The notes under the pieces are model-generated. The model was not told the origin of the DNA, searched no databases, and saw nothing but the letters and a program-made list of their open reading frames with translations. This document shows, one piece after another, positions 13,721 to 30,617 of a stretch of 64,000 bases of DNA. Origin of the DNA: the human T2T-CHM13v2.0 reference genome, Homo sapiens; NCBI RefSeq assembly GCF_009914755.1, contig NC_060938.1. The stretch is one strand, 5' to 3'. Each line of letters opens with the position of its first letter. Within the stretch, counting starts at the first letter, position 1. The translations under genes were made by a program, and so were the position numbers.

Positions 13721-13937
13721 GAAGGGAATCTCCTGCTATGGAGTCTACCTAGCATAAAATAAAAACTAATTCTGCGTTGACTTTTCAACGTGGAACTAAA
13801 CCTGGATATTGCTTTATCCGACTGAAGCTTTAGATGGAACATCTCAAGGGGAAATTAACTGGGATTAAATAAATAAAACAAGCACTAGAAAAAAATGTTT
13901 TTTAAATATCAAAATTCTCCTTAAAAGTAAAAAAAAT

Positions 13938-14238
13938 GGCTGGGCGTGGTGGCTCACACCTGTATTCCAAGCACTTTGGGAGGCCAAGTGAGGGGATCAC
14001 CTGAAGTCCTGAGTTCGAGACCAGCCTGGCCAACATGGTGAAACTCTGTCTCTACTAAAAATACAAAAATTAGCTGGGCATGGTGGCATCTGCCTGTAAT
14101 CCCAGCTACTCAGGAGGCTAAGGCACAAGAATCTCTTGAATCTGGGAGGCAGAGGTTACGGTGAGCCGAGATCGCGCCACTGCACTCCAGCCTGGGAGAC
14201 AACATGAGACTCTTTCTCAAAAAAAAAAAAAAAAAAAA
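13938..14238 (+). mobile_element. AluS (Sx-like), full length
   Basis: Dimeric Alu with linker and an A20 tail. Confidence 0.95.
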
Positions 14239-14659
14239 GCAAAATAACGTTAGAATGAATTCTATTTAGTTACAATATATAAAATTTGCTCAGAGGCTCT
14301 TTGGTAGCTGTAAAGAGATAGAAAGAGTAGGGAATTTGCAAAAGCAAAATTTAACTGTACTTTTTTTTCTTTTTGAGACAGAGTAGTGTGCATTCTGCAT
14401 ACCTTTTTTAAAAAACTATGAACATTTGACTCTTTAGTCTCACCTTGTAAGAAAAGCATACACTGATTTTGCCACATGAGCATTTTAGAACTGGTTCCAG
14501 TAATCTATGGTCAGCACTTTTATTAACCTCTTTTTTGGTGTATTATATGTTCTCATTTATGTGTGATGTGTTTTTAATCTTTCTCCCCATTATTTATAAT
14601 CCCATCCTATTGAGTTTTCTCCTCCACTTACATATGGTGGGCTAACTCTTAATACAAGG

Positions 14660-14864
14660 GGAAAACAGTATGGGGAATGCTAAATAAAAATATAGAACTA
14701 TCATAAAATCCAGCAATTTCACTTCTGAGTATATACCCACAAGAATAAAAGCAGTATCTTGAAAAGATATCTGCACTCCCATGGTCATTGTAACATTATT
14801 CACAATAGTCAAGATATGAAAATAACCTGTGTCCCTCAATGGATAAATGAATAAGGAAGATTTA

Positions 14865-14902
<38 letters not shown>

Positions 14903-15405
14903 ATACTATTCAGCCTTATAAAAGGAGAAAATTCTTCCATTTGTTGAAAACATGGATGAACCTGAATGACATTATGTTAAATAAAGTAAGCCAAGCACAG
15001 AAAGACAAAAATCACATGATCTCACTTATATGTGGAGACCAAAAAAGTTGAGCTCATAAAAGCGGAGAGTAGAATGGTGGTTGCCAGCAGTTGACACACA
15101 GGGGTGGGGATGGAAAGATGTTCTTCAAATGGTACAAACTTTCATCTGGACAGAATGAATAAATTCTAGAAATCTACTGTACAGTATGGTGACTACAGTT
15201 AATCAAAAAAGATACTTGAAAATTGCTGAGTAAATTTTACATGTTTTTACCACACACCCAGTAAGTAGACGAGGTGATGAATATTTTAACTAGCTTGGTT
15301 TAATCATTCCACAATGTAGACATATATATATCAAAACATCAAGTGTATACCATAAATATATATACTTTCTATTTTTCAATTATACCTTAATAAAGCTCAA
15401 AAAAT
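14660..15405 (+). mobile_element. L1MA-like 3' end containing (AC)17 at 14867-14900
   Basis: atccagcaatttcacttctgagtatatacc...catggatgaacctg...ttataccttaataaagc. Confidence 0.85.
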
Positions 15406-16044
15406 TTGCTCACAATTGCCTTCTGTGTTGTTCTCCAGATGTGAAACAACCATAACTAGTCCAGCTGGGTCAAAGATAAGCTACTTTTTTTATGTGTTCA
15501 TGTGCAACTCTTCACAAGCTCTTTCTACCCTTGTGCGCTTTTCTGTATGTCACATTCCTTAAGGTGTCAATCTCATCCTGCCCATCCTTAAAACACCTGA
15601 TAAAAATAAAAGTTGTTCTTTAAAAGCAACCATTAAAAATGTACCAGTTTTATTCTCCTGGCAGTTATAAACTTTTGTCTGGTCTTAACAGAAACTGAAG
15701 TACACATTTTCCCTATTGGATAGCCAGAGCTGGTGTTTTATTAAGAGAGTAACCCCTTCCATCCAGTATGCCCTGGGGATTATAGTAGGAACTCAAAATT
15801 GTTAAGCAAAAGACTGAATTTTGATTGCTTTTCTTTTATCACTACAACATAATTTAGAAGGAAATACAGATAAAATAAAATAATGCTGTTTGAAAACTGC
15901 AACTATCATATATATGTGTATATATATAAACACACACACACACATACGCATTTACTCCTGTTTCAAACAACTGCAAACTACCTAACAATGTCTTCTATAT
16001 CCAAACTTTTTTAGCCTTATAACCATGCAGAGTGGTGGAACCTG

Positions 16045-16215
16045 GGTTTATGGTTGGGGAGATGCATTTTATTCCAGCTCTTCCATTAATCAATTAAACA
16101 ACTTAGGTGTCTACCATAATAATGTTATGCCTTGGTTTTTGTGTTTTCAAATGGGCATAGTACTAATAACCGTTGACAATATTGAAAGATTATGGGGCTT
16201 CAATGTGATATCTGG
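16045..16215 (+). mobile_element. MIR remnant
   Basis: MIR-core-like gccttggttttttgtgttttcaaatgggcatagtactaata. Confidence 0.5.
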
Positions 16216-16374
16216 CCCAGGTGTACATGTTCTAGATAGCCCAGAATATAAAATTACTGCAGTTTTTACAATGGTATTCCCTACCAAACTTCTGGGTCTT
16301 CTTTGCTTGAAAAAATTGCCGAGACTTTAAAGGTCAAATCTCTTCAAGTTTACATCAGGTGGAACTTTTCCGTA

Positions 16375-17350
16375 TATTTAATATATTAATTTGAAATTTG
16401 TCATATGTAGGAAAGAATATATTAATCATATGTATATATTTTAGAGAATAATAAAATGCATAAACCTATCTGCCCACCACTCACCTTAAGAAAAAGATTA
16501 ATTACCAGGAACTAAGAAGCACTCTGGGTGAGCTTCCTAATTGTTTCATTACTTTATGCTCCTGGACACTGTACTAATAATTTTCATGTTTTTATAGTGC
16601 TACAATCCATGTATGTATCATTTAACTTTAATGATTTGTTGTATTTTATAAATTACTCTGTGTGTATTCTTCTGTGACTTTTGAACAATAGATATTTCAG
16701 ATGCATCTATGCTGGTATGTGTAACTAGAGTATATTCATTCACATCTGCTACTTTAAATATAACACAATGTGTTTATTCTTTTTGTCACTGATGGGCAAT
16801 TGGATTGTTTACAGGTTTCTGTTATGCGAACACTACAGTGAACATTTTATAATATAATGACAAAAACATACAAGAGTTTCTCTAAGGTATGTATGTGATA
16901 TTTCATCAAGGCTAGGCTAAGATGTTATCAGTAATACGATACAGGCCATTATTTTGCACAAAATCGTGCACAAATTATTTTAATTGAAAGAAAAAAGTTT
17001 TCAATTAAAATATATCAGAATTGCATTTTAACTTCAGACATATTAAACTATGAAAAAATGTGACTCAAAATTGATGAAACAGTATCTAGGTGTGCAATTG
17101 CTGGACCATAGAGAATACACACCTTCAAATTTACTAGGAATCATTCCAATTCCAAATTGCATATAAACGAAATTCCACAAGCTTGCAGATATAGTCACAG
17201 AGATTTCCATATCCACGGTGGGGTTTAGGGTCACTGTTTCTTTGCATCTTCCAGCTCCATTTTATTTTTTCCCATGGCCTCTTGTCCCAGGACAGCAATA
17301 CATTTTAATTTTAATTTTAAACTTGACCAGTGTTTCCAGCCTTCATTGGG
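16375..17350 (-). mobile_element. Ancient L1M (L1ME/MC-like) 3' fragments
   Basis: gatgggcaattggattgtttacaggtttc and ctaggtgtgcaattgctggaccatag. Degenerate. Confidence 0.5.
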
Positions 17351-18084
17351 AAGCATTCAATCTACTGTATTGCAGGAACAGAAAACTACATCAGTGATCT
17401 CTATTGGATAACATAGCTATTGGAGCATTTGATGAAACCTTGCTTAATTCATCTTCCCTCCTCAAATTTTTGCTTATTTTACCAAATGGCCAAATGCTTG
17501 GAGTGTTTTACAATTCAGTGCACACTTTACCCCTTCTGTGCTTCCTGTCCAGATGGTCTCTGGAAGGATCAGGCACTATTTCTTCTGGTTTCAGGGAACC
17601 TCTATAGATTGTATTTATGTATTCATAATTTATTGATCCCAATAGATTGCAGCCTTCATTCGTGATGGTACCATTTAGAATGACCTAGCTGTACATTAAT
17701 TGATTATAAATTTAAGATGAGAAGTCATATTTCTCCTCAAGGCATTCTTACTATCTGGTAGCCAAGACAATGATAACATCTTGACTTTCCTGTTTAGCTT
17801 TTGGCTCCAGATTTGCTTAGATTATAATTCCTCCCCTCCAGCCTTTTGTGGATCCAAGAGACTAGTCTTCATACGTAACTATTACAGGTATTCACAGATG
17901 TGTATTTATGTAAATTGGTAATAAAAAAGAATAGATATTACCATGTATAGAAATGGCAATATTCATCTCCATCATGCAACTAATTATAGATTTTGCTTCC
18001 TTAATATTCCTCAAATGTGTACTCTTTCTGCCATTGTCTTTGTTTAAACCCTTATGGGTTTCTCTTGACTATGGCAGCTCCAAA

Positions 18085-18600
18085 CCATGGGCAGATTTTT
18101 GTAAAACAGAACCTCTCACTTTCATGGGCTCCTTTCAAGGCACTGGAAAGGAACATGACAAAGGTGTTCACATATTTATGTAAAATCTGCAAAATCTGTT
18201 AGCTACACGAATCACAGTCTATTAGAAACACCGTCCCTTTCTCCATCAATTTTCCCATTGCACTTCTAAGTTGCTTGGTTTGATGTATGCACGGACATTT
18301 TTGAATCTAGCAAGGAGGAGGTGAGCACTAAATATAGATGCTGATGAAGAGTACATGAAACACAAAACAGACCATTATAGCAGAGAAAACAAAGACAAAT
18401 AGATTAATGAATAACAATAACTTAAATAGCCTCTGCACAAGAAAATGTAAAAAGCTAGAAATTTTTAGTACTTACACATGAAAAAATTTGATAAGGGTTT
18501 CACCAAATTTTACATCAAGCATAAAATATTTTTACGCCATTACCAATAAAGAACTACAAAGCTTAAACTAACTTTTATAAATTGTCAACCTAAAAACAAA
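18085..18600 (+). mobile_element. hAT-Tip100 (Zaphod/MER115-like) DNA transposon, left part
   Basis: gggctcctttcaaggcactggaaagg...gtgttcacata and the hAT C-terminal-like run tttgataagggtttcaccaaattt...cattaccaataaagaactacaaagcttaaactaactttt, matched to a recalled consensus. Confidence 0.55.
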
Positions 18601-21074
18601 GCAAGGTTTCTCTTTAAAATGGCTGACAGCTAGTGTGGGCAGCATTCACAGAAAGGAAAAAAAGTGAGGAGTAAATACTGACTCTTCAAGAGGATTGTCA
18701 GGATCCATCAAGCAAGAGAGGAGAGCCATGGAGAACAGGGAGGAGTAAATCTGAGCAGCAACACACCTGGGACCAGTGAGGAGCCAGGAGAAGCTCCTAG
18801 CACAGGGAAAGGGTAAGAGAGTAAGAGCTCCTCCAACAGGAACCTTTGCAGTTATGGGAATGGAAGAACCTCCCTGAGAACCCCCAGGCCTCTACACTGA
18901 TACAGAAAACCTCCTGGGTTTTCTTTCAGAGAGGTACTACTTAAGACCACAGGGAGCCCCACAGGTCCTGGATGCCTGAGCAGCCTAGCACCAGCTGCCA
19001 TGATGCCAAACGAGGCCACAGTCATGCTACTGGGGGAGCAGTCAGACTGTCCCACTCCTTCTTTCCAGACAATTATCTGCTTGGCTTCCAACATGGCAAC
19101 CTCCACCATACCTGAATGCTGCAGATAGGCACAGCATTATGTTCCCCTGGGACCCTCCCAGACTGCAGACCATGTGACCCCCACCGGCCCCCACTCGCCC
19201 CAGCCAGGCTAAGCTACCTAGCTTGGTCTTCCAGTGCAGAGGTTCCATCTCTGCTTTAACTCCGATGGCAGGGACAGTGCTGTGTTCACTCAGAAACCAC
19301 CTAGACTGCAGATCACGTGACCCCTTTCCCCTACTGCCCCTAGCCAGGCAGGTCTTGCCAGGTTGAACTTCCAGTGCAGTGGCCCTGCCCCTGCCTGAAC
19401 CCTGTAGCTGGGCACACCTCTGTGTTCCTTCAGGAGATGCCTAACTGGCAGATCATGAGACTGCCTTTGCCGCTACTGCTCCCAGCCAAGCAAGACTTGC
19501 TGGCCTAGTGGTTCCTGAGTGAGAAAGGTGCCCCAAATCTCAGAACATTGAGAGGACTGAGACACCATGGTTCATGAGCCAGTGTGGAAGTGGGACAAGC
19601 CTCCCTCCATATGGGCAGTGAAGGAAGTGGATAGCCTATCCACCAGCTGTGGTATCTGCCTCAGGGAGCCCCATGGCAAGGAACACCAAACAAGGGAAAT
19701 GCAGGCACAGCCCCACTGATTGGAGGGGGCTCTTCGAAGGCCCAGGAGTAAATCTGGTGAGAGGAGTCCTCTCCCTCCCCAACCCCACCACAGAGCCCAC
19801 TGTGAACATGTTGAAATACAATCAGACACACATCTGATTAAGAGCCTATCTCTTGGCCATCACTCTTAAGTGCCATCTACTGGATCACAGCCCAAATTAC
19901 AACACCGAAAATATTTTGCCAGTATTTAGCACCTGTGAAACTGGAGGCAAGAATCCAGCAACAAATAAAGGTTGTATACAAAGCCTTGGCCTAATGAAAG
20001 CACCCAGAAATGAAGCCAACTGACTATATTTAACTTATCCTACAGTTAAAGGAACACCTGAGACACTAGTGCCCCAGCAATGGTTCTTCACCAGACTGTA
20101 ATGACCAAAATAACAGACATCTAAAATTCAGAATCTGGATGGCAAGGAAGGGAGCTCATTGAGACTGAAGAGAAAGTTGAAACCCAATCCAAGGAATGCA
20201 AAGAGTCCAGTAAAATGATGCAAGAGCTGAAGACAGAATAGCCATTTTAAAAAAGAATCAAATTAAACTCCTGTAATTGAGAATGTACTAGAATAATTTC
20301 CTAGTACAGTCAGAATCATTATAAGCAGAATAGGCTAACCCAAGAGAAGAATCTCAAAGATTGAAAGCTGCTTCTTTGAATCAACTCAGTCAGATAAAAA
20401 TAAAGAAAATATAATTGATATAAACTAACAAAATGGCTGAGAAACATGAGATTATGTAAACAGACCAAATATATGACTCATTGGCATTCCTGAGAGAGGA
20501 GGAGAGAGTAAGCAACTTGGAAAGCATATTTGAGGATATAATCCGTGAAAAGCTCCCCAGTGTTGCTAGAAAGGTTGGCATGCAAATTCAAGAAATACAG
20601 AGAACCCTGTGAGATACTATACAAGACGACCACCCCCAAGGCTTGTAATTATCAGATTCATCAAGATGAACATGAAAGATAAAACCTGAAAAGCAACTAG
20701 AGAGAAAGGTCATTTACAACAGGAACCCCATCAGGCTAGCAGTGAACCTCTCAGCAGAAACCATAAAAAAACAGAAGGGTTGGGGAGCCCATTTTCAGGA
20801 TCCTCAAAGAAAAGAAATTCCAACCAAGAATTTCATATTCTGCCAAACTAAGCTTCATAGGTGAAGGAGATACAAAATCCTCCTCAGATAAGCAAACACT
20901 AAGGGAATTCATTATCACAAAACCAGCCTTATACAAGCAGTTAAGTGAGTGCTAAACATGTAAACAAACAAAAAAAATGAGCCTGCTACCACAAAAACAC
21001 ACTTAACACAGAGCCCACAGACAATATAAAGCCTTTTCATAATCAAATCATACAAAACAACCATGTTGTTACAT

Positions 21075-24990
<3,916 letters not shown>

Positions 24991-25272
24991 ACCACATGTT
25001 CTTATTTATAGGTGGGAACTAAACATTGAGTATACATGGCCACAAAGATTAAAGCAATAGATAGTGAGGACAACTAGTGAGGGGAAGGAGAGAGATTGGT
25101 GAGGGCTGAAAAACTACCTATTGGGTGCTATATTCACTCCCTGAGTGACAGGATCATCCATACCCCAAACCTCAGCATCACACAATATACCCACATAACA
25201 AACCTGCACGTGTACCTTCCGAATCCAAAATAAAAGTAAAATATAAAATAAAAATGAAAAGGAAAAAAAGCC

Positions 25273-25605
25273 AAACAAATGTTCATCATGATAATTAAGA
25301 CTAAAATATCTTTCACTTTTCCCTATAGAGAAATGTCATTGAAAGAAAATATAGCTAGATTGAAGGAAAAAAATTACAGAGAAGTAACCAGTAAGTTAAT
25401 TCATAAAAGGTGTGTCATTGTTAAAAATTATATGATATTTCTAGTATATGTCAACTTTTAAAAATTTGTATTAATAATTTATTGTGATTTTTTTCTCTAT
25501 GTGAAAATACCTATTTACTTGTGGACATAATTTGGCATTTTTTCATAAACAGTCCTCCCTCTCAATTATATAAACCTAAGTCCCCACAAAAGCTGTAGGC
25601 ACCCT
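25273..25605 (+). mobile_element. hAT-Tip100 (Zaphod-like) DNA transposon, right part
   Basis: Continues the left fragment (aagactaaaatatctttcacttttccctatagag). The terminus aattatataaacctaagtccccacaaaagctg resembles the recalled element end. Confidence 0.55.
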
Positions 25606-27439
25606 TCAGCTTATAATTGGTTTCTCTTTCTATATTCTCACTTCTTTCAATACATTCTCCATGAGTTCCCTCTTTGTAAAATCTAATCCTCTTTAACTAA
25701 ACATATGTGATGCATATCGTAGGAATTCAGGAAACAGCTTTGGAATGAAAGAATACATGATTTAATTAAACTGCGTTATTCTCTAAATATTGGCTTTTCT
25801 CTCTTCCCCTATTAGACTGGTTACCGGTTAGGAATTTTTGCAACAAAATATACGTTGGACATACTACATGTTTCATAAATATTTGATAGATTAGTCAATC
25901 AATTAATGGACTAATAAACCTATAAATCATGAAGTTATCTCTGAGTCCTCATTATTTTATTTGTGGATTTTTTCTCTCATGTAACAAATTTTTGTCTAGA
26001 ATATATGCAGAGATTTTTTATTATTATTACTTTTACTGTAATAAAGTTAAAAATCTCATGGGACATCCCTAAAAAGTGACTTGCTCCTGATCAAACTAGA
26101 TCTAAAAGCCAAATTTCAAAAAAAAAGGAGATAAATTAAAGTGATGTACTATTTCCCTTGCATTTTTTCTCTATAGCAAAAGGACAGTATATTCATCTCT
26201 CCTTCCTTTTTATTAGTGACAGTTTCTTTCACATATAAGAAATAATAAAATTACGTAAGGGCTAAAAGGCAGCTGTCTACCTGAGTAAAGAAAAGGAAAA
26301 ATGAGCTCAAAACTACTGCTCAGGCTGGTCTTAGAAACAAGCGAATAAGACAAGGGACAGCAAGTCATGATGAGACAGCTGATTCCGGGGTGCAGAAAGG
26401 TTCCGATAGCAGTAGGTGGATTGAATAGCTATTGTATAAGACAGAATAAAAAGAAACTGAATTCTGTTTTTAGAAAATTTTCCTCCTCAGGAAAATTTAT
26501 GTTCCACGAAATCACTAATAGGCACAGGATGGGACCTAAAGTTAAAGAAGGAAAAGAAAAAAAGTAATAATAAAAATGAGAAACTCTATGCTCACATCTA
26601 TATCCTTGGCCCCGGGTGGACTTTCTCTTCCCAATAATTTAACAAAGGATCAAAGTGACAAGAAGAATAAACAGAATAAAAGTTTTCTCGTTTTAGATTT
26701 TCTTTTGTGCAATCACATGGTTAAAACCAGCTATGTATGTCTCTTATAACAAATTTTTCTTATTAAATGTTTTACTAATTGGAGACCTGAATAAATGGCC
26801 TATAAGGTTTTGCTCCAGTGTAATAGAACTCCAACATGTGTTAATATACAACATGAGCACATTATACTGTCAGGTTGTTGATGTAACTAAAAGAGGGGAA
26901 GTGTTGGGAGCCCAGGAAAGAATATCTCAGAATGAAAATTCCATTGGCGTTATCTAATAAACAAATCACAGTGGATTCTCGAAATAGAATAGAGTCTATT
27001 TCTTTTTCTTGCATATCTAAATGAACAGCTCCCAGAAGTACTATTTTTGTCCTGTCCCTCCATCTTTCTCCCTCATCCTCCTAATTTCTCATACAACAGC
27101 CCTTTTCCTCCTTCAAGGAATCTGGAGTCATTTTGGAAAAGTCCAAAGAGTCCACACCATTTTCACAGCCTACAAATATCAAGTCTCAAGGAGAGGCTGA
27201 ATACTTCAGTTTTCAAAAGTGCTTCTGGTATTAGACAATACTCAACTGATTTTACAGAAAGAGCTGAAATTAAGAACTTCCAATATTATTACTCTTCTTT
27301 AATCAGTTCATTTTTAGGAAATACTTATCTTTCAGTGTTTCATAATTTAGATGATGTATGCAAAGATAAGCTAATTAAACTCTGAGAATATGCAAACATT
27401 AGTTATTATTACTGCCAACCAGTTTAGTTCTGGCAAAAA

Positions 27440-27570
27440 TAATTTGAGACAGCATTATCATTATGTCCATTTTGCCCATAAAAAGAAATTACTAGTTCGC
27501 TCACACTAAGCTATTCCATTGTGAAACTGGAATTGAAATCCAAAGCTGCTTTCTAACACACCAAGCCATA
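27440..27570 (-). mobile_element. MIR remnant
   Basis: attatcattatgtccattttgcccataaaaagaaatt...gaaactggaattgaaatccaaag. Confidence 0.55.
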
Positions 27571-27723
27571 TTAAAATATCAGTTAGCAACAATTTTTTTA
27601 AAGAGACGTTTTCTATGATGGTGGTTACGAGAAATTATATAGAGCAGGAATAGGAAAACTTACTTCCCTTCCATTCTTCCATTCGCCATTGTTGCGGGGG
27701 TGACACATTTGAAACTTGTTCAC

Positions 27724-27742
27724 TGGCGCCCCCTGGTGACAA
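27724..27742 (-). promoter_or_regulatory. Candidate CTCF binding site
   Basis: Minus strand reads TTGTCACCAGGGGGCGCCA against consensus TGGCCACCAGGGGGCGCTA, with the core CACCAGGGGGCGC exact. It lies in non-repetitive DNA with several retained CpGs. Confidence 0.8.
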
Positions 27743-28210
27743 ACATTTCTTGCTGTTACAGGCCTCGTTTTGTTGAGCAAAAACATTTTTCCCTAATTGG
27801 TTATATGCGCATATATTAAATGACCAGGCTTCAAAGTTAGTGCAAATTTAAATAGCTTCTAAGTGGTAGAATGTCTTCCATTTTTACAACCCCTTGTTTT
27901 AATAATGTGGGGGTGATTAGTCTAAGTGCTGTTTCCAAAAGATTTGAGAAATTACCAGCAGAATCTGCCATCCTAATGAAGGTTCACGGGATCATCCCAT
28001 TAAGAGCACATTCACCTCAAGGCCAATTCTCTACCCAGCACTCTCCAACACAGGTTGTAACTTCCTTTCTCCCTCTTTTGAAGTTTTATTCTCAGTGGCC
28101 TATTTCTGTTTAAATCTCTCCTCAGTGTGGTCCAAGGCGGTGGAAAACCTGAATCTAAGAGTTGTTGTCACCACTAAGAATGTCACAGAGATTTTATACT
28201 GACTTTATGG

Positions 28211-28371
28211 TCATCAGGCCACATTGTTTAGCATGGGATGACTACCTGCTATGACTGGAGACAATTCTAGGTGACAAAACTGACCTTTATTCGTTAATCC
28301 ATATTCCATTCTAAAATTTCATGTTTTTTTAAACATATGCAGAAATGGGCATTTTCTTTATTATTACTCAT
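28211..28371 (+). repeat. Copy 1 of an unexplained ~160-bp local direct duplication
   Basis: Aligns by eye to 29810-29979 at about 80% over the first ~100 bp, with exact blocks of 14, 18 and 15 bp. Confidence 0.85.
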
Positions 28372-28624
28372 AGATGCAGTCCCACTCTACCAGAGAGCAA
28401 ATGTCTAAAGTCAATGACAAGGCAATCATTATATATTGGTGAAATTAAACCTGGAAAATCCCTTAGAAAATCCTACTGGAGACTGACATACTATCTCTCA
28501 ATGCAGTGAATCCAACAGCAGTTTTTCCTTAGGCTGGGATTAGACCATTTTTTCCTTGGTTTAATGTCAGGTGGAGTAGCTGTATTAAGATTAAGGTATG
28601 TGCTATATTAAAAAAATGTATTGT

Positions 28625-28777
28625 TAGGAGGATGGCATAGTGGCACATGCCTGTAGTCCTAGCTACTCAGGAAGCTGAGGCGGGAGGATCACTTGAACCC
28701 AGCAGTTCAAGGCTGCAGTGTGCCATGATTGTTCTTTTGCACACCAGCCTCAGCTATGGAGTGAGACTCTGTCTCTC

Positions 28778-28806
<29 letters not shown>
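28625..28806 (+). mobile_element. FRAM or lone Alu right monomer with a (TAAA)n tail
   Basis: gtggcacatgcctgtagtcctagctactcagg...gagtgagactctgtctc followed by a TAAA tail. Confidence 0.88.
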
Positions 28807-28808
<2 letters not shown>

Positions 28809-29809
28809 GCATCTTTAAATACTTGACACCTCATTACCCAGTTAAGATTCTCACCCTATAAGAGTGATGATGAAATTGGGATGAATTAAAGAAAGGCAAT
28901 TTGATTTGCTTAACTCAGCTTTACTCAGGGAGATAGAGAAACAGCAGGTAGAATGGCTTGACCAAATTTAATTTTAATTCATTTATTTCTGCCTCTCTTT
29001 CTAAGGCATATATAGTTGATTTTATGTAAGTTACATGCACAGAGAATGGGATTTCATACAAATTAGACCGCCTACTTCAGAATGATTGCTATTTAGAGAC
29101 AATCTTGAAACATACCAAATTCCTGTGGATGTAAATACCATTCCGTATTGCAAGTCATCTTGAAATTGCATTCTGACCTACTGCAAAATTTCAGGAAATA
29201 TGGTATATAAAGATCAAGAAAAACTTATATAACATTATATATATATTTAATGCACACACATATATTGCTTGCTATATTTAACCATAAGCACAATTGAATT
29301 GGAGAATGAGGATATAATGGCACTATGGAAGAAAAGTGCTATATAAATCAGACGCTATAAATGTACTACATATAAAAAGTCCTAGTGCAATTTTAAAATT
29401 TAATAACTTTGGATGAACCTATGACAGAAGCAAATGGCAAGCATCATGTGAAAGCATATTTCATAGACTCTAATGCGAATATTTAATGCTCTTTTATTCA
29501 GTGCTTACTGGGCTCTCAGAAAGTAATGCATTATTGGCTCATTCATTTTCATAAAAGCAATGGTCAATATTAAACTTACATTCCTGTAGTCTTGTAGCAT
29601 TGCATTTTTTTTCTGATCTCTGATGATGGCAATTTTAGTAGTGCCTTCTTTCAACATGATGCTACTTTTACTATTCTGCTTTGAATGCTTGACACTTGCA
29701 GGAAATTTCATTTCCAGATCAGTTTACACATTGGCTGACTTTCTGCTGTCTAATTCACCTGTTCCCATGGGAGTGCATCTATCTGAGCCTTAGCAAAGTT
29801 TCATGTTGC

Positions 29810-29979
29810 TCATTAGACTGCATTGTTTAGCATGTGATAAATATCTACAATGACTAAAACCATTATACATAACAAAACTGACCTTTATTATTCATCCATA
29901 TTCCATTCAAATTTTATGAGGTTTTGGTGTGCTTTTTGTAATGTAAGCAGAAATAGGTATTTTGTTCATTAATACTCAT
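29810..29979 (+). repeat. Copy 2 of the unexplained ~160-bp local direct duplication
   Basis: Shares cattgtttagcatg, acaaaactgacctttatt, atccatattccattc, gcagaaat and tactcata with 28211-28371. Confidence 0.85.
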
Positions 29980-30159
29980 ACATTTCTGGTAATTCATTTT
30001 GTTGGAATGTTTTGTTTTTCCACTATGATTAATTTTACGCTAATCAATCTAATTCCTGTGGCCACGATAAATCCCAATAGTACACTCCTTTTAGCCTAAT
30101 TACAAGGGGTAAAGATTAAAATGTATTAGCAAGAGGAAACAACGGGGTTATTTATCTTT

Positions 30160-30617
30160 TGTCTTTCTACAGAAAAAAATCAGAAATATTAATAAAAGAC
30201 TACTTTATTGAAATATGGGCAGCATTAAAGGAACAAAAAAAGACAGTAGGGTACCAAAGAATTAACAACAGAGGGAAGGCATTGCCACCTCAAGGCAGAA
30301 GAGACAATGTAAGGAGATAGAATTACCAGAGTCTGGTGAGAATAGATTTTGGAAGCTGGAGTTTTCATCATATAATGATTTAGCTCTTGCCAGAGGTGTA
30401 ATCTTGATGCAGGAAAGGAATAGAGAAGAAATAATTCTCTTCTGTCTCTCCTTACCCTCCTGTGTGCTTCTGGTGCTTTTCACTGGATGAGCATACCTGG
30501 AAACAGCAGGCAAGGACATCAGGGAGAGGCAATCTGAAAGGATCCTATTCCTGGATGCTGAACAGGGAAGAAAAGTGTGGAGAATGTTCTAGTAGGGAAA
30601 GAAGAGAATAACCAGCT
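30160..30617 (-). mobile_element. MLT1L-like MaLR LTR
   Basis: aattaccagagtctggtgaga...gtggagaatgttctagtagggaaagaagagaataaccagc matches a recalled MLT1L-type end. Confidence 0.6.

Noticed and set aside
26251-26258. TTACGTAA PAR-bZIP palindrome (and tandem CACCTG at 39949-39964)
   Set aside because: Isolated short motifs are expected by chance in 64 kb.
28234-28283. C/D-box snoRNA reading of the duplicated segment
   Set aside because: The C box is imperfect in both copies, the C-to-D distance is only about 50 nt, and there is no terminal stem.
29505-29760. Minus-strand 68-aa ORF with GTAAGT/GTAAGC donor-like sites as a coding exon
   Set aside because: No recognisable protein, no convincing acceptor, and upstream frames are closed. 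A non-coding exon cannot be excluded without RNA data.
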